Shown here piece after piece: positions 10,721-22,441 of a stretch of DNA of 64,000 nucleotides. The first letter of the stretch is position 1. Every line of letters begins with the position of its first letter. The DNA comes from Rebecca billardiae RCC1528 (taxonomy: Eukaryota > Protista > Haptophyta). The notes beneath the pieces are model-generated. The model worked only from the letters and a program-made list of their open reading frames with translations, searched no databases and had not been told where the DNA came from. The position numbers and the translations under genes were made by a program. The stretch is taken from the NCBI GenBank assembly GCA_965240325.2, contig OZ251227.1:3224001-3288000 (forward strand), given 5' to 3'.

Positions 10721-10955
10721 CGATGCTCAATGAGAGTGCTGCATGGCGCCGCGGACGGCGGCCATGCTGATTGCCGCCGTGCGCTTTTGTCAGTTGCAGC
10801 TTCTTCCGCGGATCCCAGCGTGCGCCAGCCCTGCCCAGGCGTGCGCCCCTCGAGCTTGGGGGCGTCCCTCCCACTTGCCGGTGAGGGGCGGCGGGCGCGC
10901 CGTCGGAGCGCACGCCTCCGCCGTACGTGGCACGCAGTGGCGCGCGGCGGGGACC

Positions 10956-11780
10956 ATGACGTCGCTCATGGCCGTGCGCGAGGCGCTCGGCGTCGCCCAG
11001 GACCCGGCGACCGCCGCGGTCGCGGGCGTCGACAACTCGTCCGACGCGGCAGATGTCATCTCGCTCCTCGCGGAGGCGCATCCTTCGGTCGCCAAGCTGG
11101 TGACGGTGGGCGAGCGGAGGACGGTGAACTGCAACGTGTGCAAAACCGACGCGTCCGAGCTGGTGACCACGACGCATATCATCGCCGACGTCGCCGCGCC
11201 CAAGCAGCTCACGCTCATGGGCGCGCTCGGCGCAGTCTGCGACAGCGAAATACACGGCGATGAGTCCAACCCGGTGCACGAGTGCGCGCCGTGCGGCCAG
11301 GCGCAGGCGTCGATGAGGCGGGTGCATCCCGACGCGCCGTGGCCCGAGCGGCTGCTCGTCGTCCTCCGCCGGTACTCGTACGACTTCGCCACGCTCTCCG
11401 TCAAGAAGGCGATGCACCGAGTCGCTTTCCCAACCTACCTCGACCTGCCCGGCCTGTGCAAGACGAGCCACGAGGAGCCGCCGCCCAAGTACGTGCTGCT
11501 CGGCGCGGTGGTGCACACGGGGCCCGAGGCCGCCTCGGGCGCGTACTCCTTCGAGCGCGCGCCCGAGCAGCTCAAGGAGCTCGGCCTCGACGACGCGCAG
11601 GTTCCGCGGGACATCCCATGTCCGGGCTCTGCGACGCCTTACGTCCTTGTTTACGCGCGCGCGCAGCCGAGCGGCGGCGCGCCGGGCGAGAAGACGCAGG
11701 GCGAGGGCGCGGAGGGCTCGGGGGCGGACGCGGGCCCGGGCACGCCCAGAAACCGATCCTGCGGCTGCGAGCTCATGTGA
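10956..11780 (+). CDS. USP/UCH (C19)-like truncated pseudo-deubiquitinase with C-terminal CaaX
   Basis: CNVC..CAPC zinc ribbon, PERLLVVLRRY, VAFPTYLDL, YVLLGAVVHTG, PYVLVY; His box reads SGAY; no Cys box; ends CGCELM. Confidence 0.75.
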   Translation: MTSLMAVREALGVAQDPATAAVAGVDNSSDAADVISLLAEAHPSVAKLVTVGERRTVNCNVCKTDASELVTTTHIIADVAAPKQLTLMGALGAVCDSEIHGDESNPVHECAPCGQAQASMRRVHPDAPWPERLLVVLRRYSYDFATLSVKKAMHRVAFPTYLDLPGLCKTSHEEPPPKYVLLGAVVHTGPEAASGAYSFERAPEQLKELGLDDAQVPRDIPCPGSATPYVLVYARAQPSGGAPGEKTQGEGAEGSGADAGPGTPRNRSCGCELM

Positions 11781-12465
11781 GCCTGCTCGGCCGCTCTCTG
11801 TCGGCCCGGGCCGGCACCGTCACCGGCACCGTCATCGTCATCGTGCCCGGCGCGCACAGCTCGGCGCGAGGCGGCTAGATCTCAGCATCGCGCTGGCGGC
11901 TCGGCTCTGGCGCGGCCGGCGTGGCGGGTCTCGTGGGCACGTGCGGACGGCATCGGCGCGCACGAGCCCGGCAGCGCCCGGCTCCGAGCCGCAGGGATGC
12001 TCTGCCGCCGCCGCGGCACGCGCCGTTTACGAGAGTAAGGAACAAGGTTCTCGGGCTTTGCCTTCGGAGTTTGGTGCAGCGTCCGGGCGTCGCCGAGCTG
12101 CGCTCGCGTATTAGACTATGTGTATACACTGGCGTGCATTCAATATTCTTTATATCAGAGCGCGGCTGGCGTGTCAACGCGGGGCCTGCCCCGGCCGCAC
12201 CCGAGCGGCGAGCGGTCGGCCTGCTGCGGCTGCCGCCTATGATTTGATGAAGTCTGCCTCATCCAGGCACGGCCGCAATAAGCCCGCAATCATCAACACC
12301 CGGGTAAAGAGCTACTACTAGTAGTAGTATTCAAGCAGTATTCATCAGACTTCAAGGCGCCGTGAAACCGACGTTTATTGGGCTCCCAACGTGGATTTTT
12401 AAAGTCTCCTTGCCCAAACCGTCCCAAATTTGGGCGGCAACGATCACCGAACGTTCGAAACGCCC

Positions 12466-13571
12466 ATGGCGGCCAGCCCGGGCTGGGGCGGGGCCGTCTC
12501 TCCGCAGGTGGCGCGGCGGCTGCGCTTCGGGAAGGGGTTCGGCGCGGATGATGAGCCGGTCCCCACGTACGACATGGTGCTCTGCCTCCGCCTCCACGAG
12601 CTCTCGCGCGACGGCGCCGAACCCGACGCCGACGAGGCCGAGCGTTTGCGCGAGCGGCGGCGCGTGTACAGCGCCTGCCGCCGCGCGGGGCTGCAGTTGC
12701 GCGCGCGCGTCTCGTCGGACGGGCGGAGCCTGTTCGTGCTGGTCGGCGCGCCGCCGCCGCTCTTCGAGCGCGTCGCCGAGGCCATCGGCCTGGACAAGCG
12801 TCTCCGACCGGAGTTTGGCGACTCGCTCGCGCCGGCGCGCGCCGCCGCGCCGTATGCCGACTACAGGCGCTCGCGGCGCACGGCGTTCGCCGCGTCGGCG
12901 GACGGGCAGTTCTTCACGTCGCTCGAGCGGCAGCGCATGCTCGCGCGCGTGCTCGAGGCCGACACCTCCGGCCGCACGCGCGTGCGCGGCGCCGGGCTCG
13001 ACCTAGACGGGCTTGTAGAGGCGCGCGTGCTGCGCAGTCACTTCGTGTTGGAAGGGCCGGCGGAGGCGCACGCGCTGCGGCAGGCGTGGGCGTGGCAGCG
13101 GCTGGGCGCGCCGCCGCCACTCGACGACATCCGCGCCTACTTTGGCGAGCAGCTCGGCTTCTACGCCGCGTGGGCGCACGTGTACGGCGTCGCGCTCGCG
13201 GCGCTCGCGTTGCCGGCGGGCGCGGCGCAGGCGGCAGACTGGCTGTTACGCGAGGGCGGCGGGGCGGAGGGCGCGCGGCGCGCGGCGCTCGTGACGGGCG
13301 CGTACAGCGTGCTCGTCGCGCTCTGGTCCGCGCTCTTCATCGAGGCGTGGAAGCGCCGCCGCGCCGAGCTCGCCTTTGCGTGGAACGTGAAGCACGCGTG
13401 GCGCGCGGACGAGGCGACACGCCCGGAATTCCTGAGGGCGCGGCTGCCCGGCGGTCGGGAGCTGCCCACCGCGCCGGGCGTGTACACGAGCCGCGGACTC
13501 GCGCCGCTCGGCGACGAGGAGGACGACGACCCGCGCCGCGCAGGCGCCCGCCGCCGCGCGCGCGACGGCGC

Positions 13572-13602
<31 letters not shown>

Positions 13603-15805
13603 CGTGGCGCGGCCGCGGTGCGTGTTGACCTCGCGACGGCGCCCGCGCCGCGCGCGCTGCCGTTCCTGCCGGTGGGGATCCGGCGGCGCCGGCTGGCGGC
13701 GTCGGCGGTGATCACGCTGAGCGGCGTGGTGGCGCTCGCGGTGGGCACGGTCGCGCTCGCCGCGTTCAAGCTCATCCTCGCCGCGATGCCGGCAACCTCG
13801 CGCACGGTCGGCGGCGTGGGCGGCGTGCCGGCTGTGCCGCTAGGCCTGCTGCTCGGCGCCATTCTGAATGCGCTGTTCGTGCAGGCGATGGGCGCGCTGT
13901 GGGGCTGGGCGGGCGCCGCGCTCACGCGGCGCGAGACCCACCGCACCGACTCGGGCTACGAGGACTCGCTCGCGGCCAAGACCTTCGCCTTCCTCTTCGT
14001 CAACAACTTCGCCTCGCTTTTCTACATCGCGTACGTGCAGGCGGCGAAACTCCATTTGTTCGGGCTCAGTCACCCTCAGCATGGCGGCCCTCTGGTCGAC
14101 GAGTGCCCGGGCGGCGACTGCATGCGCGCGCTGCGCGTGCAGCTCGCCGCGCTCGTCATCACCAAGCAGCTCGCGCGCCACCTCACCGACGCCGCGCGCC
14201 ACTGCCTCGCCGGCTGGCGCCGCAGCCGCGCGTACCGGCTCGCCTCCCGCGCGCGCGGCACCGCCCTGGACCACGCGCTCGGCGAGCAGGCGGCGCGCGC
14301 GCCGTTCGGCGGCACGTTCCACGAGCTCGCGGAGATGGGCGTGCAGCTGGGGCTGGTCACGCTATTCGCGGCAGCGCTGCCCGGCGGCGCGGTGCTCTGC
14401 TGGGCGGGCAACCTCTTCGAGCGCCGCTCCGACGCGGCGCGTCTGCTCTCGGGCGTGCAGCGGCCGCGCGCGCGGCCCGCGGCGGGCATCGGCTCGGTCG
14501 GGGCGATCATGGAGCTGATGGCGGCGGCGGCGGTGATCACGAACTGCCTCACGCTGTACCTCGCGTCGGAGCACACGCGCGAGCTGCTCAGGGGCGCGCT
14601 CGGCGACGACGAGGTGCGCGCACGCGCGTGGGGCGCTCGTGCGAACGCGCGCGGCATGACCTGTGCCCTGCCGCGCTTCTTCCTCCACACCGCCCGCGCC
14701 GCCGCTGCGTGTTTGTTACCCGCCGACCGCGTGGTGCGCCTTTCATCCCTCCCTCCCTCGACCCCACTCACTGTTTCATTGCTGGTGTTTTTATTCTGGT
14801 TTTTTATTTTATTAAAAAAACTTCAAACAGGCGGTGCTCCTGAGCGTCGTGCTGCTCGAGCATCTGATCTTGGGCGCGCGGCTGCTGCTCGCGCTCTGCG
14901 TCCCCGACGAGCCCCGCTGGGTGGAGCGCACGCGCGTGCGCGTGCGCGCGCAGCTCGAGTCGATCGACCCAGCCGCCGCGCGCGGCCGGCCGCGCGCGGC
15001 GCCGCGGCGCACGTGGGTGCGCCCGGCGGCGCGCAACGGCGCGGCGCACCGCTCGCCGCCCCTTGGGCGCGGCGGCGAGACGCCGCGCTGCGCGCGCGAC
15101 GTGCTTGCGCCCGCCTGCGGCCGGAGTGAGGGCGCGGGGGCGCCGGCGCGCGAGGGCGCCAACGGCGCGCGCCCACCAGCGCAGCAGCGCCAGGCAGGCG
15201 CGCGCCAGCGCCGCGCGGCGTGCGGCGCCGAGCACGCGGCCGTGCGCGGCGCGAACGGCGCGGCGCGCCCCACACCCGAGCGCTCGCTTGCCGCCGTCGC
15301 CCCGCGCAACGGCGCGGGCGGCGCCATCGGAGCGAGCGATGACGGCAGCGAGGGCAGCGACACGGACGGAGACGAGTTCGGCTTCCTCCGCTCTCGGCGG
15401 CCCGCCAGCGCGCGCGCGCGGCCGGCGAGGGAGGAGCCCGCGCGCGCCAGCGGGCCGCTGCCCGGAGCGAGCAGTGCCGACGACGACTCGGCCGCTCCGC
15501 AGTCGCGGCCGTCCCGCGGGCGCGGGGGCCGCCCACGCCCGGCGCAGCCACCGCAGCCGCCGCCGCGCCAGACGGCGCCGGCGGCGAGGCGAGCGCCTCC
15601 GCGCGCGGGCGGCGGCGGCCCGTCGCCTGCCTCGGCTGCTCGGTCTCCCCGGCAGGGCCCCGCAGCGGCGGGCCGCAGTGGGCGCCCCGCGCCCGTGGCG
15701 GGCGGCGCGTCGTCACCGTCGGCCGGGAGCGCCGCCGGTGCCAGGTGCTCCTCCCCGGGGCGGCACTCCGGCGGCGCTCCGCCGCAGCGCTGCTATCGGA
15801 TGTAG
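12466..15805 (+). CDS. Anoctamin/TMEM16 family protein (exons 12466-14613, 14831-15805)
   Basis: FFTSLERQRML, PLDDIRAYFGEQLGFY, WKRR, ETHRTDSGYEDSL-AKTFAFLFVNNFASLFYIAY, VVLLEH, VPDEPRWV; phase-0 GT-AG intron at 14614-14830. Confidence 0.92.
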
Positions 15806-16167
15806 CAGCAGGCTATACTGTCCCGCACTGAGTGTGAGTGTCCGCGTCACTCGCGACGGCCGCGAGCCGACTCGCCCGCGCCGCCGCGGCAGTCGCTGAG
15901 TCACTTAGTAGCAGTATAGTCTGATAGATATCGATGACCGCGTAGTTTCGCGGTCCTTTTCCGTAGAACGAACGTAGTTATTCGGGGCCCGCGGTGGCGG
16001 TGCACCTTCCGTCGCAGTCGTCTATTGACAGACCAGTTGCATGCCCGTACAACTAGACTCCAAGTCCAGCGGCGCGCCGCTGCGCCCCGGTGCCGGCGCC
16101 GGGCGCGGGCCCTGTCATCGCAGCCGCCGGCGCCGGCGCCCGGATTGTGTACAGCCTACAGGCGGAT

Positions 16168-16480
16168 GCGACGAGGCGTGATCGACGCATGAGCGCGACT
16201 CCACGTGCACGCCAGGCCACGTGGAGCTGACAGCCAGGGAACACGGTGCGGGGCCGCGGATTCGTTCGGGCCGCTGCTGCTGACCGCGCTGTCTGTCGTC
16301 ACCGCGCGCCGCCGGGCAGCGCCAGGAGTAGGTAGATGATTTGCTGACTGGTCCGAGTAGGGTTCGACCAGCGCCTGCGCGACGGCCGACAGGCGGGCGC
16401 GAGGCGTGATCGACGCATGAGCGCAACTCTATCCACGTGCACGCCAGGCCACGCGGAGCAGACAGCCAGAGGGAGCACTG
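16168..16480. repeat. Imperfect ~75-bp direct repeat (16168-16245, 16396-16480)
   Basis: GAGGCGTGATCGACGCATGAGCGC...CCACGTGCACGCCAGGCCACG occurs twice. Confidence 0.8.
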
Positions 16481-16699
16481 TGTGTGCCGAGGTGCGAGGG
16501 CACCGGTGATTGTTATTCACTCCGCACGCCGCGGTTGCACTCAGCACTGCACGGGGTCACGGGGTGACACACCTCGGTCAGGCTCGGCACGCGTCGCAGA
16601 GGCACGGCCAGCTCTGGGGACGTCGCGCACCACCGTCGTCCGCGCCGCAGCTCGTCCTCCTAGGTCCGCCCGTCCAGCGCTGCAGGCTCCAGCCACAGT

Positions 16700-17647
16700 C
16701 AGGGACGTCCACTGACCCTATGGGGGGGGTGCATTTAGTCGAACCCCTGGGAGCCAGGAAGCGATGAGGGTACCAATCGAAAGATCTCCGGGGCGGCGGA
16801 CGAAGTAACGTAGTCCTCATCGAAGTAATCGACGTCTTCTCACGCCTCGACGTGTTCGAAGGCGTCGTCACGTCGAACACGGAGGACTCCATCGTGCTGA
16901 ACTTTTTTTTTCAAGTTCCCGGACTCCAACGGTGAGCTGCGGCCATGTCGGGTGTCGCAGCCGCGCCCGGCGCGCGGAGACGTCAGCTGGCCAAGCAGAC
17001 AGAGGACCATCCGATGACGACGGGCTCGCTGACGCGCTCGCGTGGGTGGGACAATGCGCGCGCATCTCCCAACGAGCGCAGGTACACGGTGACCCTGGCT
17101 TGCCCTGGCCATACGGATTGCCGTTGCCCGAAGCACGTCATGGTTGCCGCCACTGGGAGTCGCCGCCGGGCGAGAAGCTGCGCGTCAACTCGAGCGAGCT
17201 GCGCGCTGTCGGCGTCGAGCTGCTCGCGCCCCGGGCCGCGCCGTCAGCTCGCGGAGGCGCGGGCGTGCGCACGAGCTCGCGCTTGGCTGACGGCTCAGCG
17301 AGTTCGCGAGCGCGCCGAGGTGCGGCGGCCGCGGCGGCGGTCAATGCGTCGCTCGATCCAGCACTACGCTACGTCTTGACTAGCGAGGGAGACGCCGAGA
17401 TCAGGGCTTTGTGCGAGGCGTCGCATGGTCGTCGCGAGGCGGCGCACAGCTGACGCTGTCAATCGACGCCGCTGCACGGCTCCGGCCCTCAGGCTCAGCG
17501 CAGCATTTGCGGCAGTCTGTAGTCTGCGCCCATGCAAATCTGGCGAGTTGGGCCCCTATTGAGGCGTATTTGGTCCTTCGATGGGCTGGGGGGAGCCCCC
17601 CCCAGACCCCCCCAAATGGTTAAATGCACCCCTGCTGGACGTCCCGG
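16700..17647. mobile_element. Candidate non-autonomous TIR element with 5-bp duplication (ACAGT)
   Basis: ACAGT|CAGGGACGTCCA ... TGGACGTCCCGG|ACAGT (11/12 inverted match) plus inner inverted pair GGGGTGCATTTA/TAAATGCACCCC; interior has frameshifted coding-like remnants. Confidence 0.65.
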
Positions 17648-18649
17648 ACAGTGACCAGAGCCTGCAGACAGACTTGCCGGCGCGGGCCGAGAGTCGTGCC
17701 GGCACGGAACAGATCGATGGATTCGGGTTGGCGCGCCTGCTCTGAAGAAGAGTTCTGGGAGACCCTGGCGGAGAGGCATGACAAGGGGGGCGTGTGGTGA
17801 AGTCGGAGACTCAGAGATCGATCAGTCCGGCATCAGTCAGGCGCCGCTGCCCCCGAGCTTGCGAGAGCCCGAACAAAGGGCGGCGGCTGCTGGCTGGCGC
17901 CGGCTCGGACGCGCGGCCCCGGCCGCGCACGGCGCAGGCATCGATCGACAGGGCGGCAGGGGCGCGCGGAGTGACTAGTGAGCGGGGCACGAACACGATG
18001 TCGACGGCCGTCGGGACCCGCCGCAGACGCGCGCTCCAGGCGCCACTGGCCGCGCGCACCTGCCCTCATCGCCCGCCCTTGCAGTTGGAGGCGAGAGTCG
18101 CGCGGCGCCCTCGCCACCTCCGCCCAAACCTGCTGCCTTGCGACGACGGCGAGTTTTGAGCTCGCCAGCTGGTGCGTCGATCAGTGACTATGAAATGGGC
18201 TGGCGACGAATAGCTGCGGGTATTTTTCAATCTCTCGCAGTATTGGAGTTGGTGAGAGTCGTTCTTGCGGCGGCGAGGCCCATATTTATTTACTATGGTC
18301 ACACATGAACGACTGAGTCCACCCGTAATTACTCACCCTGGCACACTTGGGCGTGGGTTTCGTTGATTCCTCTGTTCACTATTCAAGACGGCGGACGCGC
18401 CCTTTTTCGACGAGGATGCACCTGTAAGGGAGTCTCAACATTCGAAACTCGGTCTCCTTCAGCCCTGAAAATCGTCCCCCGTCCCTTTTTTCTTTGATCA
18501 AAGATCTTTTTGAAACGTGGTTCGGGCCCGCTGGTGCGGGCTCCACGCTGCGCGCTCCGCCCTGCACCGCGGGCCATGATATACGGTAGTATAGTATAGT
18601 AGTCGCATCATCATCGTCGTCGTCGGCGCTGCTGCGACGCATGAAGCAG

Positions 18650-20131
18650 TCAGCCGCCGCCCCAGGGCCAGACCAGGATCCACTCCCAGCCCTGCTCACC
18701 ATCATCGCCTGGTCGGGCTGCCGCTGCACCGCCTCCGCCGCCCGCCGCGCGTGTCGGTCTTCCCGCCACCGACGGCAGCAAGGGCATCCCATGCTTCTGC
18801 CATGAGAAGCCGCTGATGACGGATGCCAATTTCTTTGCGAACGGATCGCGCCCGCGCTTGCTCGCCCACGAGGGGCGGCGCTTCTGCACGCGGTGCGGCT
18901 GGGGCCTCCGCCTCGCCGCGCCGTCTGGGACGGAGGACGGCCCCGGCAGCGCGAGGGAGAAATTGCATCGCTCGAACGCGGGCGAGATGGCGGCGCGGCG
19001 CGCCTCGAGCCACCACAGCTCGGCGAGGAGCGGCGCGAGCTCCCCCGCGCTCTCCTCCTGCGCACGCAGCGCCGCGGTGATCGCGGCCGTCGCGCCCTTG
19101 TCCTTGGCCGCGCGCTGGTACCTCCCTGCGAACGGCTCCCGCCACGGCTTCAGATCGCCGTTCCAGTGGAGCAAGCCGCCCTGCGCCTTGGCAAAGGCCG
19201 TCACCTCGAGCGCCTTCTCGCCGCGCAGCGAGGAGACCGAGGGCGCGCCGAGGTACCCCACGTTCCACCGCCGGCCCAGCGGGTTGATCCGGTCGTCCAG
19301 CACGAGGTGCAGCTCCGGCTGGCTCGCCAGCTGCCACAGGCAGCTGCGGTTGTGCTCGAGCGTGAGCGCGTGCCATCTGTCGAGGTAGCCGCCGCCGCGC
19401 CAGCGCTCGAGGTCGAAGAGCGTCACGCCCGCGTTGATCGTGCGCACGCGCGGGTCGGTGAGCGTCATGCGCTCCGAGCCGCTCCCGCCCACCCACCACC
19501 GCGCGTACCGCGGGTGGTCGGCGCACAGGTGTTTTTTCAGCGGCTCGTCACATCTCACCGACCAGATCGGGCTGCCCGCGTCGGTGCGCTGCGCCTCCTC
19601 GAAGAGGAGCGAGATGTCCGCGCGCGCGATGACGTCGCAGTCGACCCAAAGGAAACGCGACGCGCCCGCCAAGTCGTCCGGCGTCAGGTAGAAGCGCACC
19701 CAGTTGTACGGGCTCCCGAGCTCGTTCGGCCGCAACGCGCTCGCGGTCACAATGTTCGGGTGCCACGCGGAAGGGTCGAAGACGCGGAGGTGCAGCGCCG
19801 CGCGCCGTTCCGGATTGGCCTCCCAGCTCTCCAGCGGCGCGTCCTCGGGCGTCCCCCGCATGCAGTTGAACAGCGCGCGCATCGGCGCCTCGTCCTCCTC
19901 GAGCGCGAGCACGTGCACATGCAGTTCAGTCCTGCTCGCGTTGTGATGGAAGACGAGCGAGTTGACGAGCGTGGCGAGCGCGCGGCTCTGGTGCAGGCTG
20001 CAACCGCACGCGACGTGGATGTGCGGCCGACGAGGGAGCGTGCGCTTCTGCGCGGGCAGCGTGTGCCCGGGCTCTTGCAGAGCGAGCAGCGTGACTAGCA
20101 CTGGCAGGGCGGCGGCGGCCTGTGCTGCCAT
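18650..20131 (-). CDS. Glycosyltransferase family 8 (GATL/GLT8D-like), copy 1
   Basis: RFYL, FLWVDCD (DxD), NAGVTLFDLERWR, WNV, LLHWNGDLKPW; N-terminal hydrophobic segment. Confidence 0.9.
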   Translation of the reverse strand: MAAQAAAALPVLVTLLALQEPGHTLPAQKRTLPRRPHIHVACGCSLHQSRALATLVNSLVFHHNASRTELHVHVLALEEDEAPMRALFNCMRGTPEDAPLESWEANPERRAALHLRVFDPSAWHPNIVTASALRPNELGSPYNWVRFYLTPDDLAGASRFLWVDCDVIARADISLLFEEAQRTDAGSPIWSVRCDEPLKKHLCADHPRYARWWVGGSGSERMTLTDPRVRTINAGVTLFDLERWRGGGYLDRWHALTLEHNRSCLWQLASQPELHLVLDDRINPLGRRWNVGYLGAPSVSSLRGEKALEVTAFAKAQGGLLHWNGDLKPWREPFAGRYQRAAKDKGATAAITAALRAQEESAGELAPLLAELWWLEARRAAISPAFERCNFSLALPGPSSVPDGAARRRPQPHRVQKRRPSWASKRGRDPFAKKLASVISGFSWQKHGMPLLPSVAGRPTRAAGGGGGAAAARPGDDGEQGWEWILVWPWGGG

Positions 20132-20800
20132 GCCGTTCAGCGGGGGCCGCGCGTCGCGTTGCGGTTTGCTTTGAACGAACCTGCGCTGCCGCCGAAACTC
20201 CGAAACTCCGAAAGGCGAAAGAAAGCGCATGGCCGCCATGGCGGACACCCTTGCCAATGCCATGGCGGCGGTGGGCGGTCGTCTATCGTCGAGTCTACCG
20301 CCTCGGCGGTCTCGCACACTCTTGCTAGTCGCTTCTTGTCCTTCGTGAATCTTGTGGCGGCTGCTGCCGCTCGCGCTCGCCGGCTCAAGGTCCGCGATGT
20401 TCCCGGTCGACTACTCCCTTCCCCGGCCGGGCCGGCAGGGCGCCAGGGGCCAGGGCGGCAGGGCCCGCTCACGCTGACGCTGTACCGCGGCTACCGTCAA
20501 CCGTGGCCGGGCCCCGAACGTGACTGCAGGCTCGGGTCTGACTGGCGCCGTCAACTAATCACTCACAACTGTCAGTGTCAACTAGTGTCAAGTCTCATTA
20601 TATTTAAATAATAATAATACAGTGTCCGTGTCTGACAGACAGACAGTGATCGCGGAAGGCGATCAGTGGATCACTCACTCATAGAATCCGATCAGCTCCG
20701 GGAATCATACTCATATATATTTTCATAGTCGGATGAGTACAGAGTATTAGAGTATAGCTATCGAACTCTGACTCTGCGTCAGCACTCTGACTCTGAGCAG

Positions 20801-22345
20801 TCAGTCGTTGCCGCCCCAGACCAGCTTCCACTCCCAGCCCCCAGCATCATCGCCTGCTCGGGCTGCTCCGCCTCCGCCGCCCGCCGCGCGTGTTCCCGCC
20901 ACCGACGGAAGCAAGGGCATCGTATGCTTCGCCCAGAAGAAGCTGCTGCCGGCGAAGGACTTTTTCGCCGCGGCCAACGGATGGTGCCCGCGCTTACTCG
21001 CCGACGAGGGGCGCTTCTGCGCGTGTGCGCCGCTGCGCTCCTTCGCCGACGGGCCCGAGCTCGAGCCCGAGCCGCCCGTCTTCGAGCCCTTCGACCCGCC
21101 GCCGCCCCTCGGCTGGGGCCTCCGCCTCGCCGCGCCGTCTGGGACGGAGGACGGCCCCGGCAGCGCGAGGGAGAAATTGCATCGCTCGAACGCGGGCGAG
21201 ATGGCGGCGCGGCGCGCCTCGAGCCACCACAGCTCGGCGAGGAGCGGCGCGAGCTCCCCCGCGCTCTCCTCCTGCGCGCGCAGCGCCGCGGCGATCGCGG
21301 CTGTCGCGCCCTTGTCCTTGGCCGCGCGCTGGTACCTGCCTGCGAACGGCTCCCGCCACGGCTTGAGGTTGCCGTTCCAGTGGAGCAGGCCGCCCTGCGC
21401 CTTGGCAAAGGCCGTCACCTCGAGCGCCTTCGAGCCGCGCAGCGAGGGGACCCTGGGCGCGCCGAGGAACCCCACGTTCCACCGCCGGCCCAGCGGGTTG
21501 ATCCGGTCGTCCAGCAACAGATGCAGCTCCGGCTGACCCGCCAGCTGCCACAGGCAGCTGCGGTTGTGCTCGAGCGTGAGCGCGTGCCATCTGTCGAGGT
21601 AGCCGCCGCCGCGCCAGCGCTCGAGGTCGAAGAGCGTCACGCCCGCGTTGATCGCGCGCACGCGCGGGTCGGTGAGTGCCATGCGCTCCGAACCGCTCCC
21701 GCCCGCCCACCAACGCGCGTACCGCGGGTGGTCGGCGCACAGGTGTTTGTACAGCGGCTCTTCAAATCTCACCGACCAGATCGGGCTGCCCGCGTCGGTG
21801 CGCTGCGCCTCCTCGAAGAGGAGCGAGATGTCCGCGCGCGCGATGATGTCGCAGTCGATCCACAGGAATCGCGTCGCGCCCGCCAAGTCGTCCGGCGTCA
21901 GGTAGAAGCGCACCCAGTTGTACGGACTCCCGAGCTCGTCCGGCCGCGACGCGCTCGCGGTCACAATGTTCGGGTGCCACGCGGAAGGGTCGAAGACGCG
22001 GAGGTGCAGCGCCGCGCGCCGTTCCGGATTGGCCTCCCAGCTCTCCAGCGGCGCGTTCTCGGGCGTCCCCCGCATGCAGTTGAACAGCGCGCGCATCGGC
22101 GCCTCGTCCTCCTCGAGCGCGAGCACGTGCACATGCAGTTCAGTCCTGCTCGCGTTGTGATGGAAGACGAGCGAGTTGACGAGCGTGGCGAGCGCGCGGC
22201 TCTGGTGCAGGCTGCACCCGCACGCGACGTGGATGTGCGGCCGACGAGGGAGCGTGCGCTTCTGCGCGGGCAGCGTGTGCCCGGGCTCTTGCAGAGCAAG
22301 CAGCGTGACTAGCACTGGCAGGGCGGCGGCGGCCTGTGCTGCCAT
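20801..22345 (-). CDS. Glycosyltransferase family 8 (GATL/GLT8D-like), copy 2
   Basis: Same motifs (WIDCD, HWNGNLKPW); near-identical to copy 1 except for the C-terminal tail. Confidence 0.9.
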   Translation of the reverse strand: MAAQAAAALPVLVTLLALQEPGHTLPAQKRTLPRRPHIHVACGCSLHQSRALATLVNSLVFHHNASRTELHVHVLALEEDEAPMRALFNCMRGTPENAPLESWEANPERRAALHLRVFDPSAWHPNIVTASASRPDELGSPYNWVRFYLTPDDLAGATRFLWIDCDIIARADISLLFEEAQRTDAGSPIWSVRFEEPLYKHLCADHPRYARWWAGGSGSERMALTDPRVRAINAGVTLFDLERWRGGGYLDRWHALTLEHNRSCLWQLAGQPELHLLLDDRINPLGRRWNVGFLGAPRVPSLRGSKALEVTAFAKAQGGLLHWNGNLKPWREPFAGRYQRAAKDKGATAAIAAALRAQEESAGELAPLLAELWWLEARRAAISPAFERCNFSLALPGPSSVPDGAARRRPQPRGGGGSKGSKTGGSGSSSGPSAKERSGAHAQKRPSSASKRGHHPLAAAKKSFAGSSFFWAKHTMPLLPSVAGTRAAGGGGGAARAGDDAGGWEWKLVWGGND

Positions 22346-22441
22346 GCTAATATTCGGCGAGAGCGAACGCGTTCGCACTTGCTGCGCTCCAAACCGCTTG
22401 CCGGAATGATTTATGGATTAGTGCGGAGCCACATTGTGGCG

